A DNA stretch of 64,000 bases from a virus, in IMG/VR virus record IMGVR_UViG_3300021961_000021; one strand, given 5' to 3'. The translations under genes and the position numbers were made by a program. How positions within the stretch are numbered: position 1 is the stretch's first letter; the number at the start of each line of letters is the position of its first letter. A model generated the notes under the pieces. It did not search any database. It saw nothing but the letters and a program-made list of their open reading frames with translations, and was not told where the DNA came from. This document shows, piece after piece, positions 42,801-50,098 of this stretch.

Positions 42801-45800
42801 TCTGCAGGATATTCCGAAAGGGGAGGACCATCGAATCTTTCGGGAATCGGATTTGTTGCTGCATCATAAATGAGATTGGGTTTGATCCTATAGGAAGAAA
42901 CCATTCTCTTGACGCCAGACGATTGATTTGTGGCATCAATGTAACCATATGGACCATAAATGGGGTTTCCATCATATGCCCATCCGATGATCGGAGAATG
43001 TCTCAGACCACTTGTAAGTTCTTTTAGATTACCAGTTTGTTGTTCAAGATAAACGTTATCACCAAGAACGTATCTTAATTGTTTGGGATCCGATACGTGA
43101 GCGTATTCACCGCCATATTGTGTATTGTACCCAGCAAAAACATATCCACGAGACTTATCAAGAAGACCTGTCAGTTCATTCTCCAGGTTTCTTGTCCATT
43201 TGAATACGTTTGCTGTAAAATCAGCAAGTTCTCCAATTGCTTCCAGTCTAATTGTAGTAGTTCCAGTTGTATATCCAATACCACGGTTTTCGACCGTAAT
43301 GCTAAGAACCTTACCTTTATCTTCACCAAAAGTACCAATAGTAGCCTTTGCCACAGCACCATATCCAGATCCATTAATTACAACTCTTGGGGGAGTTGTA
43401 TAACCAGAACCAGATGCGATAATAGCAATAGATACAATACGTCCATTAATGATGATTGGTTGGGCAACAGCACCAGTGCCAGAATTGAGAATAACACTTG
43501 GAGATGATGTATAATTGGAACCAGTGTTGGTGATGGAAATCGATTTAATAGGACCCCTAACACTAGCAGTTGCAGTTGCACCAACACCCCCACCGCCAGA
43601 AATCGAAATCGTTGGTTGGGAAGTATATTCTTGACCAGGAGAACCAACAAGGATTTTGGAGACTCTTCCATTGGTGATAACTGCAGTTGCAGTTGCACCA
43701 AAACCACCGCCGCCAACAATTGAGATTAGTGGAGATGAAGTATATCCAGTTCCTCCATTAGTTACCTCAATTTCATACAGCGATCCATTAACTACAACTT
43801 TTGCTTGTGCTCCAGATCCACCGCCACCAGTAATTTCGATGTTGGGAATAACCGCTGCATCATATCCTTTACCAGGATTATTGATGGTGATACCTGTAAT
43901 ACCACCATATTGAACGGTTTTCTCTGACTTATATGACCAAGCAGCAACACCATTCACCCAAGCCCCTATCGGACCAGCAGTAATATCTTCACGACGAGAA
44001 ACAGTTTCGATATTTCTTGGGAATCTAATCAGTTTTCTCTGATTCCCAGGAATCAAAGCAGATCCAACAAAGGGACCAACCTTATAGTTGGGGATACCTG
44101 TAGTTGCAACATATGCATAATCATTATTGAAAAACGTATTTTGAACGTTTGTTGTAAAATCCTTAATAGTCGAATTGATACTTTCTACATCAGATTTACC
44201 CTTATTGAGGTCCACTGACATCAGGATATTGCCCTGAGGTGGATTTTCGGCACTAGCAGCAATCTCATATGAGAAGACTGTGTTGCTAATTCTTGAAGTT
44301 ACTAAGAATGTGCCATTAAATACCGTTGGGTTTGCACCATAAATTGTTACGGAGTCACCAACAAGTAGACCGTGATTATTATCGGTGTATACAGTAGCAG
44401 TTTGATTGTTTAAACCACCTGGCTCAATAGATACAACCTGAATCAGTTTTTTGACATTATACAACCAAGATGTGACCCTATTATCAACCGTTGATGAACC
44501 AAGAGCTGCCACAGATAGTTTGTCACCAGCCAGATAATATGATCCAGTGTCGGTAAGAATTGTACCATTTGCTTCGGCAATACCAAGAACACGGAGTTTT
44601 ACCTCTTTGGTTGTTCCCTTATTAACGTAGCAGAAAATATCAGACTCGATGTTTGTGCCAGCATCCCAATCTTCAACAACTCCATTCTTTGAACGAGTAC
44701 ACTCAATAAACTGGTTCAGTGACTTCTCTTTATACTGAACATACTCTTCATCACCAAGAATAATCAGACCATTTCTTTCTGGCCAACCAATTGTTGAGTC
44801 AACAGTGATGATTGAATCTTTTGTTCCAATAGGTTCAACCAGAGTGGTTTTGTACGGAATTGTGAAATGCCCTTGAAGTGTTTCCTCTGAGATTGACAAC
44901 TCATAAATGACTTGATCGCCAGTATTGATTGCGATAGTATTCTCAATCAGACAAGATGCATCTTTTACACTTGTATCTACAGCATCAGCATACTGCACCA
45001 AAACTCCATCATTCAAATCTGATGGACTGCCCTCAAGAAGTTGAACACGAATGATCGTGTTTACACTCCAAGTTGCTGCTGAAGGTTTGATCAGTTCATC
45101 TTTTGGATATGCTACTTCGATATCTTCAGAGAACAAAACTTTAAACAGATACTCTGTAGCAGTTTTAGTGCCTTTTGATGCATAAAAGTCCTTGATTGTC
45201 TTGATAATCTGAGGAGCGTTTACTTTTGTATAATCAATGGGAGCACTTGGCAAGAACTGAGAGACAAATCTACTATACAATTCTTTGGCAAACAGTGAAT
45301 CCAAATTCTCAATTTTGGATCCGATTTCGTGCGAAGACTGAATGCTGTTCTCTTCAAGTGTGTAAACTTGATTACCATTAATGTCAAACTCTGATGTTGC
45401 AGATACTGCTCTCTTACAATTAATAAATTGCGAAGCAAGATACCCTTCACCTTGATTATGAATGGTGAAACCTGTAATTTCCCCAAATCCAGTCGTACAC
45501 GCTGCAGCTGCAGCAAGAGGTGATGCGATGAATACTGTAGGTGGTTCAGTAGTTGAATATCCATCACCAAATGCGGTGATATTAATATCTGTAATTTCAC
45601 CGTTGAAAATGGTAGCAACAGCTGTTGCTCCTGTTCCACCAATGGGATTGCCGAGAAGATCCTTACGGTTGTCTACGATATAAACTGATGGGGGATCTGT
45701 GTAACCTCTACCACCAGTTAAAAGTTCAATATTGATGAGTTTTCCACCAGAAACTTGAACATCAAGAATCTGTGCACCAATAGGATCAATAATTCTACAT

Positions 45801-47296
45801 CTGGGAGCAGTTGTATAACCTCTACCAGGACTGATGATGTTGATTGCTGTTACTCTACCATCAGTGATTACTGCTTCCGCTGAAGCACTAATTGCGCTAG
45901 GATCACTAGGGGGATCAATATAAACAGTTGGCGCAGTGGTATAATCAGCCCCACCCTCCAAAACTACGATCGATCCGTCTACAATAGATCCAGTTTCATT
46001 AATTTCAGCATTCGTAATCTTTGCTCCAGCAGGATTCCTGAATGAAACTGAAGGGATTGTTTCATATCCAGAACCAGATGATGTGACTGTAATATCTGAG
46101 ACTTGACCAGTAACGTCATCAATAGTGACAAATGCCGAAGCAACAACACCAGAAGGATCTTCTGGTTCATCAAAAACGACTACGGGAGGATTTAGTGAAG
46201 TATATCCCTGTCCACCGTTAATGATTTTGAGATCTTTAATGCCATTTACAAGTGCTGATGCAGTACCATATTTACCCTCTGTTCCATCTGGAGACAGGAC
46301 AGTAACTTTCGGGGTAAAATTGATTCTATAATTAGAACCATAGTCTTTGACAACAATATCTACCAGTTTACCATCTTCAATTTTGGAAACCGCTACAGCA
46401 TCTTTACCAAATTCTGGTGCAATAAGTTCGACTGCTCTTATGGTTACCAAATCATTAAGAGACAGATCTTTCTTAAAGATAATAACATTTTCATAGACGG
46501 TATAATCCTCAAATGGAGTTTGCTCAACACCATTGAGAGCAACCAGACAAGAAACTGTTGAAAGCGGAGTATATGAAGCAGTATTCAGTGTTAATGCGTA
46601 AATATTCTGTCCTTCATTGGCAGAAGTGATTTCGATATCATCAAGTTTTCTTACGGGAACACTTGTATAACCAATCAAGTAATCAATTCTACTCGGTTTA
46701 GTAACACCTGGGGGAATTACGGGTGGAGTAAAGAATCTAATAGTAGATCCTTCAATCACATAATGCTCATACGGTTCGTACTGAATTCCATTGATAATTA
46801 CACGAACATACTCCGCGCTGGAGGGACTAATCGGAACTCCAAGCAGTTTCAGATCAAACAGTGTTCTGGAACCATTAATGTATGGTACAATACTCTCAAG
46901 TTCTTGAATTTTTTTGTTAAATTCGAGAAGATTGACACCAGGAGTAAACACAATCTTTGGAGATTGTGTGATAGACTCATAAAAGATGATCTCATCATCA
47001 ATTTTGATAGTTCCATCCTTGGGAAGGAAATAATCAACGTTTTCGGCAACAATATTGGTATCTATCGGAGATACTCTCGTGAGAACCACCGATTCGGAAG
47101 AAATGAAGTTCGGATCATATTCATCGGAACTAATATCCGTGTAACCAAGGATATTGTTAAGAATATCATATGGTTTACCAGATTTTTCTTGGGATTTGTA
47201 GTATTGAACTAGCAAATCCACAAAAGACTGATCTTCTTCTTTGATAAACGCAGGAATCTGATCCTGAAGTCTTTGGGATACTTTAATTGCCTTCAT
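27881..47296 (-). CDS. gp7: Giant baseplate wedge initiator (6471 aa) with many accessory domains
   Basis: Directly after g6; N-terminal QIPAFIKEE..SFV.LLVQYYKSQE and IIKTIKDFYASKGT..ATEYLFKVLF gp7-type motifs; C-terminal YFYQNFSYVIKS...HPVGFNMFGE; embedded YHYH-like, propeller, two LamG-like, globin-like and Ig-like segments. Confidence 0.85.
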   Translation of the reverse strand: MKAIKVSQRLQDQIPAFIKEEDQSFVDLLVQYYKSQEKSGKPYDILNNILGYTDISSDEYDPNFISSESVVLTRVSPIDTNIVAENVDYFLPKDGTIKIDDEIIFYESITQSPKIVFTPGVNLLEFNKKIQELESIVPYINGSRTLFDLKLLGVPISPSSAEYVRVIINGIQYEPYEHYVIEGSTIRFFTPPVIPPGVTKPSRIDYLIGYTSVPVRKLDDIEITSANEGQNIYALTLNTASYTPLSTVSCLVALNGVEQTPFEDYTVYENVIIFKKDLSLNDLVTIRAVELIAPEFGKDAVAVSKIEDGKLVDIVVKDYGSNYRINFTPKVTVLSPDGTEGKYGTASALVNGIKDLKIINGGQGYTSLNPPVVVFDEPEDPSGVVASAFVTIDDVTGQVSDITVTSSGSGYETIPSVSFRNPAGAKITNAEINETGSIVDGSIVVLEGGADYTTAPTVYIDPPSDPSAISASAEAVITDGRVTAINIISPGRGYTTAPRCRIIDPIGAQILDVQVSGGKLINIELLTGGRGYTDPPSVYIVDNRKDLLGNPIGGTGATAVATIFNGEITDINITAFGDGYSTTEPPTVFIASPLAAAAACTTGFGEITGFTIHNQGEGYLASQFINCKRAVSATSEFDINGNQVYTLEENSIQSSHEIGSKIENLDSLFAKELYSRFVSQFLPSAPIDYTKVNAPQIIKTIKDFYASKGTKTATEYLFKVLFSEDIEVAYPKDELIKPSAATWSVNTIIRVQLLEGSPSDLNDGVLVQYADAVDTSVKDASCLIENTIAINTGDQVIYELSISEETLQGHFTIPYKTTLVEPIGTKDSIITVDSTIGWPERNGLIILGDEEYVQYKEKSLNQFIECTRSKNGVVEDWDAGTNIESDIFCYVNKGTTKEVKLRVLGIAEANGTILTDTGSYYLAGDKLSVAALGSSTVDNRVTSWLYNVKKLIQVVSIEPGGLNNQTATVYTDNNHGLLVGDSVTIYGANPTVFNGTFLVTSRISNTVFSYEIAASAENPPQGNILMSVDLNKGKSDVESINSTIKDFTTNVQNTFFNNDYAYVATTGIPNYKVGPFVGSALIPGNQRKLIRFPRNIETVSRREDITAGPIGAWVNGVAAWSYKSEKTVQYGGITGITINNPGKGYDAAVIPNIEITGGGGSGAQAKVVVNGSLYEIEVTNGGTGYTSSPLISIVGGGGFGATATAVITNGRVSKILVGSPGQEYTSQPTISISGGGGVGATATASVRGPIKSISITNTGSNYTSSPSVILNSGTGAVAQPIIINGRIVSIAIIASGSGYTTPPRVVINGSGYGAVAKATIGTFGEDKGKVLSITVENRGIGYTTGTTTIRLEAIGELADFTANVFKWTRNLENELTGLLDKSRGYVFAGYNTQYGGEYAHVSDPKQLRYVLGDNVYLEQQTGNLKELTSGLRHSPIIGWAYDGNPIYGPYGYIDATNQSSGVKRMVSSYRIKPNLIYDAATNPIPERFDGPPLSEYPAESFIDDYEYVFQKGDLDQYNGRFCKTPEYPNGIYAYFVAIDASENGLPVFPFICGPQLYSTPDKWNFSQNAVQTNIPKDVVRFRDPYQEVDIDIERQPNQSTDSLTTEFGEDLIFEIEDNNKDGLITEDEIIDPVSILEEPVLQLFDYYPRVSLRSQVDIEIQTTTKFEDAQISGFVVENPGISYKVNDKLYFDNEGTGGYGVSAKVSAVKGIDVLGYSSEVVNDIPYGIITTDGEHDLREGDEIIVNSIPIIDQTNKTFRVKVVSGVENVTIDQEGLGYSEDIPPSYEIISSSGKDFKLNIIREESGAIKNVNIINSGSGYSVSNPPEIRVSHPQRFKKASYALAYLQEQASITVINDIAIAEDRTFYIVGQSSEEDGDTAGVIAKFNSDGRLLWTRTMLPLQPATAAKSCIFNRIYVQNTNPHSIYVFGETRPNLTNPNHNPDLVIAKFESGFDGFNNPTAVIKWQREIAGISGSTRRDYASAVTLDQDGQIYIGGWTDTNSPSPDDMWICLLDLDGSVKEKRKICSASGSEKMTDMVFTSDNTVLFAGIDDPDGLGNIVVGETYYDTATIEVQWSRKFGNAAYRFSDVRIAVDDYDSLYVTATATTISTGITAGVMYMKFAKDNYMTPSVTKLIVPNASFQEIRSVGLKYDIFGNIDVAAYVRYAYNDNQSVMFKISWNTNQIITAASLDQVNGIGFKAKSVTNDNSGDTIIAGDKVESEQLAIFNFEVSSVFDGTYNKDLVPAWSASESISTTEYKYGSQSVELTAANSLNLNWQSDVASEWTVESWVKMKSAQYTAQSSNLILTSVIPTSGSTVTVEIDGQSASGNFGKIVLKIGANTYYSTTTNNWTKFNNQNWVHFALVKETPGVGTYTYTVYINGIEELQITSTQVDTQLKQAYLFGASTPASSTSLSGWVDNISVSGFAKYTEDFTPGEAIGTNKVVGAFVFKLDQGQTKLGTYQLDDVETGLEIEVASAVSNFGFNTLPMTSSNWVLGAAGLQILDYGDVVANNVEGSYSFISNEQVYETRTATIPTPLGKKLLLSTVVIPKYYFRDALYTSIDNVKTLTFNQSATFTKGATLQQYQTIGGQDVVNAYGVITSVGSNYVTLGKIIGNFDQTKKVKSTTNDINDISFVFTESDILPEWKTNYSYTTGDVVYNAGKVYTATSTGVSGGIEPVHVTGTVSDGNVNWAFTSVHGSFDIDLVNSPYSTGTLAEFSSWKEFSPEDYIIKIDAIYPGSIFIKGDTIDAEAVGVSLTVDNTGKIATFSGLVGVKTFTMTAKLAKDIIPSGNLTPTDIVYCQSSKPHNFELDEIIFVEGFATQEYNGSFFIEEVFTKREFTFRLRDVASADPVFNSQSIGSVNIYAKHPKLLFVRGHQYIFDLDDTSNFGYFISFSKDNQYKLEYPFINVAREGIPGLTDQTSPKPLVKFIVDESVTNISYYFDPSRTDDSVSPVSKSSFIDVIETPYKGTFTISEVTGPSSFKFRLHSEPESSNAPIGVTETGVDRASYSTTSTKAIGPIASIKLVNPGGFYQKLPIVSDIASNREIEKIRILSGGTEYVNGVYYNVPILGDGEGASCNVTVADDGELLGTITKVELTSAGKGYTFASVDIDSIPGILGPLLAGSGGVLEIVIPNEGSGASVFLQGRSIGKIKKLKNNEFGFGYSHDYTLKPEITFPVNLQLFNTAILAQIKVTDPGSGYTSTPRVVIEGGGGIGAEAEAIVKNNRLSDIIIKNPGSGYSSEPTVTLKSEFNYVVNIDLGYLQFNFPHGITTGAEIQLRAEDLGSTVGVLPKPSSAGLVSLNENQIYYAIAGAENSLEGDQLRIALTKVDAESGNFITFLTQGDGRQIILTEVFGGKAEAIVETSRFLKGELVYQGSTLETATATGYVSTNDGWQIGPRILKLENYSGEFIEGERVTGQISRAAGTIDNQSIARGTLNIDSLTTSTGQFIDDVGKPSEIVQKIQDSYFYQNFSYVIKSKTPINQWRTSILETNHPVGFNMFGELSLTGGKDISGRKVISDLVKEVNISSFTNTNQITSFANTQPIYTEFNNTEVLFRQKRLTNSEEILTSIVKKLDNFSADFDGIRTQFPLTVEGESITATDDQLLVLLNGIAQAPSVSFTTSGPSIVFSEPPRAPSRIKFRDITFAQIQITRFTFSTTSGIFPTSGKIVRSLQTEGTAVVIDSGVDSIDVVNIAGSFNINDNILSSATGFDGVLSSVEPLTSKTIFEQGETIANLNGKFAVLEGINLEDGIVTNTLVASRTSGTAKYETGEFEIKFNDIIYSARSKIAARVVAVSPYFDETSNQIIDTVDLSPASSFFGLVFQRVPSITYPNEVLDDISQTVINPTELYSQVANNQDFLDFEEVRNQEIRYTVLAGGNFQAGDKIRNKKIYFNNSSLRTVIDTRSYDAANLLRKNARFIAEEAVGIMKDYYPAFSVPSVNGDRDCEDDIVDIINVIAYQLEYDGNSEVWDAAATYVQGNAIYHVNGEVPQAVYAMEQARDLMIKCIRNQVHTPLWTDLQQYRDTTILQEYDIVGDRFADARNLILANKWFIAHESLYYAKQQNPSLVVPGGDVNCLSDIVDVLEAMVYNLAHGGNDFMYDATKRYLEGAHVAGYEDDTVNAFTKARDMAIDVMRNIAITKQDNSHGWIQVTDNTITVDPSNPTCQDVASAITSLFSMLITSIGTTAVPGTLAAFTAAYTETAPSTARAGYTDSCISQTSAITNFIRIITDTLEDPTGADPTTYQWSISNLTRVEPPYAFEDGETIRCTKHAYSNKSSGGFFSFGNVVKAITSGATFDVIGSNAGNKWIYSTDVTGTLIPDEYITNSKLTIANASTDSLTYKTNTGSIYFTGSASRIDFPSDGRFDFGTGDYTVEAWIRPSVVTGVQRIIDLRASGSDTAISVFMSGTSLRFGVGAADVIIATSAITTANTWYHIAVSRTSGTTKLFVNGAQVGSDYNDTNDYSDRAIKIGASYTNGEVYTGHIDSLIIRSGIASYSGAFTPPLSYTSSIYDKFVILGDSPFPIEQGAIYANYVATTISETVVDEVELWRQELTAEVVDLAREDYRKSAEVIRNNIDWIAEEAVGRLKDRYPDFVMPGDGAGSYFGTNICLRDTKSYIIPAIIQDLIDGGNYNTTVVGRAYLESSGALKHIAGELLQSTYTWNEVGKLCIDVITLDETDLTGTHTDQIRVPNYFTAPAAQAIQDKITELTELLLSIISPSGNRFYDAADLIYFNRKFIADEAVYYIENKYQVNVGFAIQNKLQIPGGRAKCVRDLRDYILPAIVGDLMTGGNNQVNAALDYYIDGQTNINFVENELLAMIDAIEYAKYLCGKAISNLLIGYNENPADVALDFSNYYQAIWSELDVYRDDTITVDPQAYQVDNRIFDAANLIEANARTIAEEAVDLMTKLSAFEADNFKVPGGKVNCEDDIVAILDQIVHDLRFGGNSKTYDAAGLYLNSDFGLQHIENQSEETLYTFKLARDMTILAMQNRLGFVPYEDASTTGLGVPIPRDDYYNNASDDTYYDAANEIEANLAFIASTAVGRTVSQYPSLNIPGGPSNCIDDIKDYLEELIFNLRHGGNNRVWYATEFYITNANAIQHVTSQAAETKYAYEQARDIAIEVLRHDTVTTNGYTQGSAVYDNTITVDTANPKCQAASAAVSTLMSIVIDLFNNTGNPQGYLNGITRTLPEEWPLTGEREIRRDITITYDAGGCQSQVSAINTLWDIVIDTVDTAAQGNGNYLVNVTRTEPVQTNTEYSAGVCYDVRSAMHTLFGIITDTLGGAPAMYQDAARMLLYNDQYIRNEAYYKTTGQYSAYSIPDTLSDDIVKALQYDLITNGNAATLNLLNGWFNADGVFIAFQNEFRTRVVYHVNAIKQMVIDVLQQDAPNPGVYINESTYTNREIRLSTAATNKVNYLFHLLLTAIERSSYPQTYLTKTFDAGVAVANSRINVTSHRFQAYDKVEYTVLGTAIPGLNKKFYWIHPLTTATAIYLMEYPDSDPTYKGIVQISPGNVSEIHTLQIPTDPGIERVEVSYGNREVQPPISAGITLSDVIYGVTTGAYAEVVRIQDNLADIHYVVTHFEMENFSYDGAIGLQFVNGEQVVVQGATQNTGYILATDNATYVKLLSVAGVFSAGNTFEGIDSGATADIVSYNNRMLVNFKQGEFLSTDKIYSVNSGTKANALVVRNNNGALIDNQAGRVTFDIETITGEFKTNDVIYGSVTDQIVKIEAFTSLPSFGDYVHAREITRLTYSQLVTDTGVTDTFEVGDILQVLNGGIIIDWTVTVTELDEDNNYLYICNVTNTPEGLTISDIASNSAYTIGKIPSGSLFPSVYTQVAAVDITQTSAYGKIAKIVQSGLSATLWLEDSSGTFQKNAQLIGNAGFRGACSAARILRGRVRRYFRGFDGVQTSFKLTTGNGTPYFPDPAGHMMIFVNAILQPPGADYSFTSFSDVIQFTEAPAVGSTFHGVYVGKLRQLDDISFDFDSLRNSFNLKLNGVFYSLTLTEGVQSNTIRPENNIICQLNGVIQEPGIGFELVGSRIIFSEIPRAGSTFVAFSYIGSDVDVIAATVVPPIEIGDELIIDGEEDNRTVALIESSNSLITFEYSGAVKGRNADALAEIETGRVVSAVLTNSGDGYVDRPQVDVISSSGFGARIKALVGLARVDVKNAGQGYRYPSVVVETTVPDDFLAPTGPAVNSGLDIYDPGFVPIDPASGIIETRIVILQQPRSITVNQGQTAVFGILVNLVIDEPVVYTTKTAAKSALHPYFQQGSTDGYRLLGGQFTKEAESPILNFVRGATYVFNQSDNTNVGDALYIATELDATGGAYQFTTGVTYKLDGVAVADFAEYVAGFNTSTQRLVEIVTDERTPQTLFYVSNGGTIMGNSINVGPGQIAYQWQRKDYGTNLWTNIPGATNATYATPQVTQAYDRDEYRVGVTSPGAVPVLSEVADLTINIGATVIDDFNATQVFDDP

Positions 47297-47320
47297 TTCT
47301 GGTTTTTATCTTCTGTTGAC

Positions 47321-49411
47321 TTAGAAACAAGCGTCAAACTCGGGGTATTCAAACACCGTAGTCGGATAATCAATGATATTTATTTCAGTTCCATCGAAGT
47401 TAATTGGACTGAAATCGAATGGATCGAATACTGGAACTGTTGTCCCATCAATTGTATAATCAATTGCAATTACTTGCGGGTTAAAGATTGATGGATCGAC
47501 TCCAGTACCAATATTGATATTACCTGAAGCTGGAATCACAGTAATGGGAATACGATCTGTTCCATCGGGAGTAGATGCAACATTTACTGGTCCGAGACAA
47601 ACCTGACCGCTCTTGTAATCTACAGTTCCCGCATTTGTCTTGAGGATTACTTCTTTTTCATCAAGTTTGGTGACTAGAATCAGTTTACCTTGACCATCAT
47701 CACGAACATTGACGGCAAGCAACGCAGAAGTGTCATTATCAATGAATGTGCTTGTGCTAAGGACAGCATTACCTGTCAATTGCTGACTTTGAAGTGCAAG
47801 ATCCAGCAGATTTTCGGTATAACCAGTAGAGTAGAAAGTACCACTCTTAACAGATGAGAATTTTGGCGCACAAGTGCCACCAGATCCATCAGATGCATTT
47901 CCACCAGAGACATCACTGGGATTTAGAATCTCATTATTGAAGTCAACACACTTAGTAAAGGTGGATCCAAATGGGAATCCTGTAACATTCATACCAAGTG
48001 TCATTTGAGTGACGTTTCCTGCAATTGCATCAAGAGAATTATCAATCATTGTTTGATATGATGATTGATTGATTCTTCCGTTGAATCTGTTTGCCGAACC
48101 TTGAGTATTGTATTGATCGATAGCACCAAGAACCCTAGATGCTAGTTCATTATTTGATAATGTGGTTTTTGACCCATCAAAGAATACCCAACTCTTTGGA
48201 CGAATGTACAAGTTGATTGGATCAATGATGACTGGTTCAATAGCAGCCATCGAAAATTTCAATAGATCATTCTTAATTTTCTTTTTAGTGGTTTCATTTA
48301 ATGCAGCGCCACTTTGAGTGCGAATTGCAATAAAAACCTTACCATATACAGGTGGATATACCCTTTCACCACCATATGCAACTACAGATCTTGCTTGAGG
48401 ATACACTTTCTTGGTGACATACTCATAATCAGTCTCTGTAACCGCTCTGTTTTGCGCCGCAAATGCCCTTGGAGCGTTATATTTGATGCTGATGACAGAT
48501 TCACCCGCTTCACCGTCTTGAGATGCCTCCACGGTCGCTATAGAGATGTTTGCTGCGGGTATTGTGCGGTTTAGGTTATCGACCACACGACCGATAAAGT
48601 TAAACTTTTTGCACCCGTTAGCATCGGGACCATCAGTTTTTACATACTTGAGACGAATAACCTCGCCAGCGATCAACTGACGGCAAATAACACCATCTCC
48701 AAAAATAATTTTATATCTGAGATCATCGGTTTCTTCTAGGAAGTAACCTCTAGTAGTACCATCGACGTTAACGATGTTCGTTACCAGATTGTAAGTGTCG
48801 ATTTCTTCTGACTGAGCATTAGGTGAAATTGCAACTGTAAGCAAATCAGTATCAATTCCATCCACAGGGACTTCATATCCCCTCTTCTTAACATCACTTA
48901 CGGTATAAGTGTATGAAAGGAGGTTACCTTGATAAATTATAGTTTTGGCAAAATTGGCAATACCAGTAGACTGATCGACACTAACTGTAATATCTTCAGG
49001 TAAAGTGAAGATGTAAGATACGCCGTCAACAGTAGATACGAAAACATCACCAGCATTAATTGTTGCGGATGCTGGGTAAACTGTGCTGCTACCAACATAC
49101 TGAGTTTGAACAGCAAAATTGATGCAAGCCTTCGATGCTTTTACTGACCTGGGAGTATAATTAAGTTGCTTTGCAATCTTGACTACATTATCACGAATAG
49201 TCGCAGATTCAAGAAACGCCTCATTCATTGCCATATTGGCATTAAATGCAGCATAATATGTGTTATACGCCAAAACATCTAGCAGGTATGAAGCTGCCGA
49301 TCCTTCAAAGTCATAATCTGTGAACTCATTTCTAGTTCTTAGATATGATTTGATAGAATCTTTAATCTCCGTAAAATCGAGAGACGTTAAATTGGATGGT
49401 ATTGCTGTCAT
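47321..49411 (-). CDS. gp6: Baseplate wedge subunit
   Basis: LDF.EIK.SIKSYLR..NEFTDYDFEGS...YLLDVLAYNTYY, AQNRAVT..DY, YGKVFIAI motifs. Confidence 0.95.
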   Translation of the reverse strand: MTAIPSNLTSLDFTEIKDSIKSYLRTRNEFTDYDFEGSAASYLLDVLAYNTYYAAFNANMAMNEAFLESATIRDNVVKIAKQLNYTPRSVKASKACINFAVQTQYVGSSTVYPASATINAGDVFVSTVDGVSYIFTLPEDITVSVDQSTGIANFAKTIIYQGNLLSYTYTVSDVKKRGYEVPVDGIDTDLLTVAISPNAQSEEIDTYNLVTNIVNVDGTTRGYFLEETDDLRYKIIFGDGVICRQLIAGEVIRLKYVKTDGPDANGCKKFNFIGRVVDNLNRTIPAANISIATVEASQDGEAGESVISIKYNAPRAFAAQNRAVTETDYEYVTKKVYPQARSVVAYGGERVYPPVYGKVFIAIRTQSGAALNETTKKKIKNDLLKFSMAAIEPVIIDPINLYIRPKSWVFFDGSKTTLSNNELASRVLGAIDQYNTQGSANRFNGRINQSSYQTMIDNSLDAIAGNVTQMTLGMNVTGFPFGSTFTKCVDFNNEILNPSDVSGGNASDGSGGTCAPKFSSVKSGTFYSTGYTENLLDLALQSQQLTGNAVLSTSTFIDNDTSALLAVNVRDDGQGKLILVTKLDEKEVILKTNAGTVDYKSGQVCLGPVNVASTPDGTDRIPITVIPASGNINIGTGVDPSIFNPQVIAIDYTIDGTTVPVFDPFDFSPINFDGTEINIIDYPTTVFEYPEFDACF

Positions 49412-49414
49412 TGA

Positions 49415-49828
49415 TTAAGCCTTCTCTAGGAGAAAATCGATGGTTTGTACTAATGTTTCACCAACAATCGTATAATCAATCTCAATATGTAGTTGGGTAT
49501 CATCTACATTATCGGGATATAATCTAACAGCATTAAGTCTCACTCTTGGTTCTAATCTTGAAACCACGTTAATGATTTCTTCTTTGATATCCTCACCAAC
49601 AAAAACATCAAATGGTTCAAAAAGCATTTGTCTCAAACGAGATCCATTTCTGGGAGCAAATACTCTTTCATTGTATCCAGTTAGGACTAGATTGCGAATC
49701 GATTGTTTGATCGAGTTCTCATTTTTAACTACAGAAAAATCTTCAGTATTGGGATTTGATTTAAACCCAATACTGAAGTCTCTGAAAGCTCTACTGAGAG
49801 CCCTATCTGCTTTAAAGCGATATGCCAT
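49415..49828 (-). CDS. gp25: Baseplate wedge subunit / sheath polymerisation initiator
   Basis: KNENSIKQSIRNLVLT..ER.F.P..GS.LR.MLFEP....EPRV; precedes g6. Confidence 0.92.
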   Translation of the reverse strand: MAYRFKADRALSRAFRDFSIGFKSNPNTEDFSVVKNENSIKQSIRNLVLTGYNERVFAPRNGSRLRQMLFEPFDVFVGEDIKEEIINVVSRLEPRVRLNAVRLYPDNVDDTQLHIEIDYTIVGETLVQTIDFLLEKA

Positions 49829-49836
49829 TTAAATGA

Positions 49837-50037
49837 TTAATGCCATCGTTCAACATAATCATCAAAACCATTCTTGCCCCCACACCATTTTGAAAATCGA
49901 TCACCTGGGGGATTTGACGGTTTTACTGATGTCTGTTTTAGATATTTATCTGCTCGGGGATCAGTAATTAACACAGTAGTCCCAAATTGGTCTTTCATCA
50001 TTTCAGGTACATTATCAGGTACTGGGTGGGTAGCCAT
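49837..50037 (-). CDS. 66-aa hypothetical protein
   Basis: ORF track; GTTVLITDPRADKYL; has its own late promoter. Confidence 0.75.
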   Translation of the reverse strand: MATHPVPDNVPEMMKDQFGTTVLITDPRADKYLKQTSVKPSNPPGDRFSKWCGGKNGFDDYVERWH

Positions 50038-50098
50038 TTCTGTCGCTCCATTAAAATTAGATTGACAGAACTTTTAAAGTGGTTGCTATCACTAAAAT

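Noticed and set aside
27881-47296. Intein or intron explaining the size of gp7
   Set aside because: The ORF is continuous, I saw no C/S...HN-C/S/T splice junction or LAGLIDADG block, and the extra length is accounted for by structural repeats.
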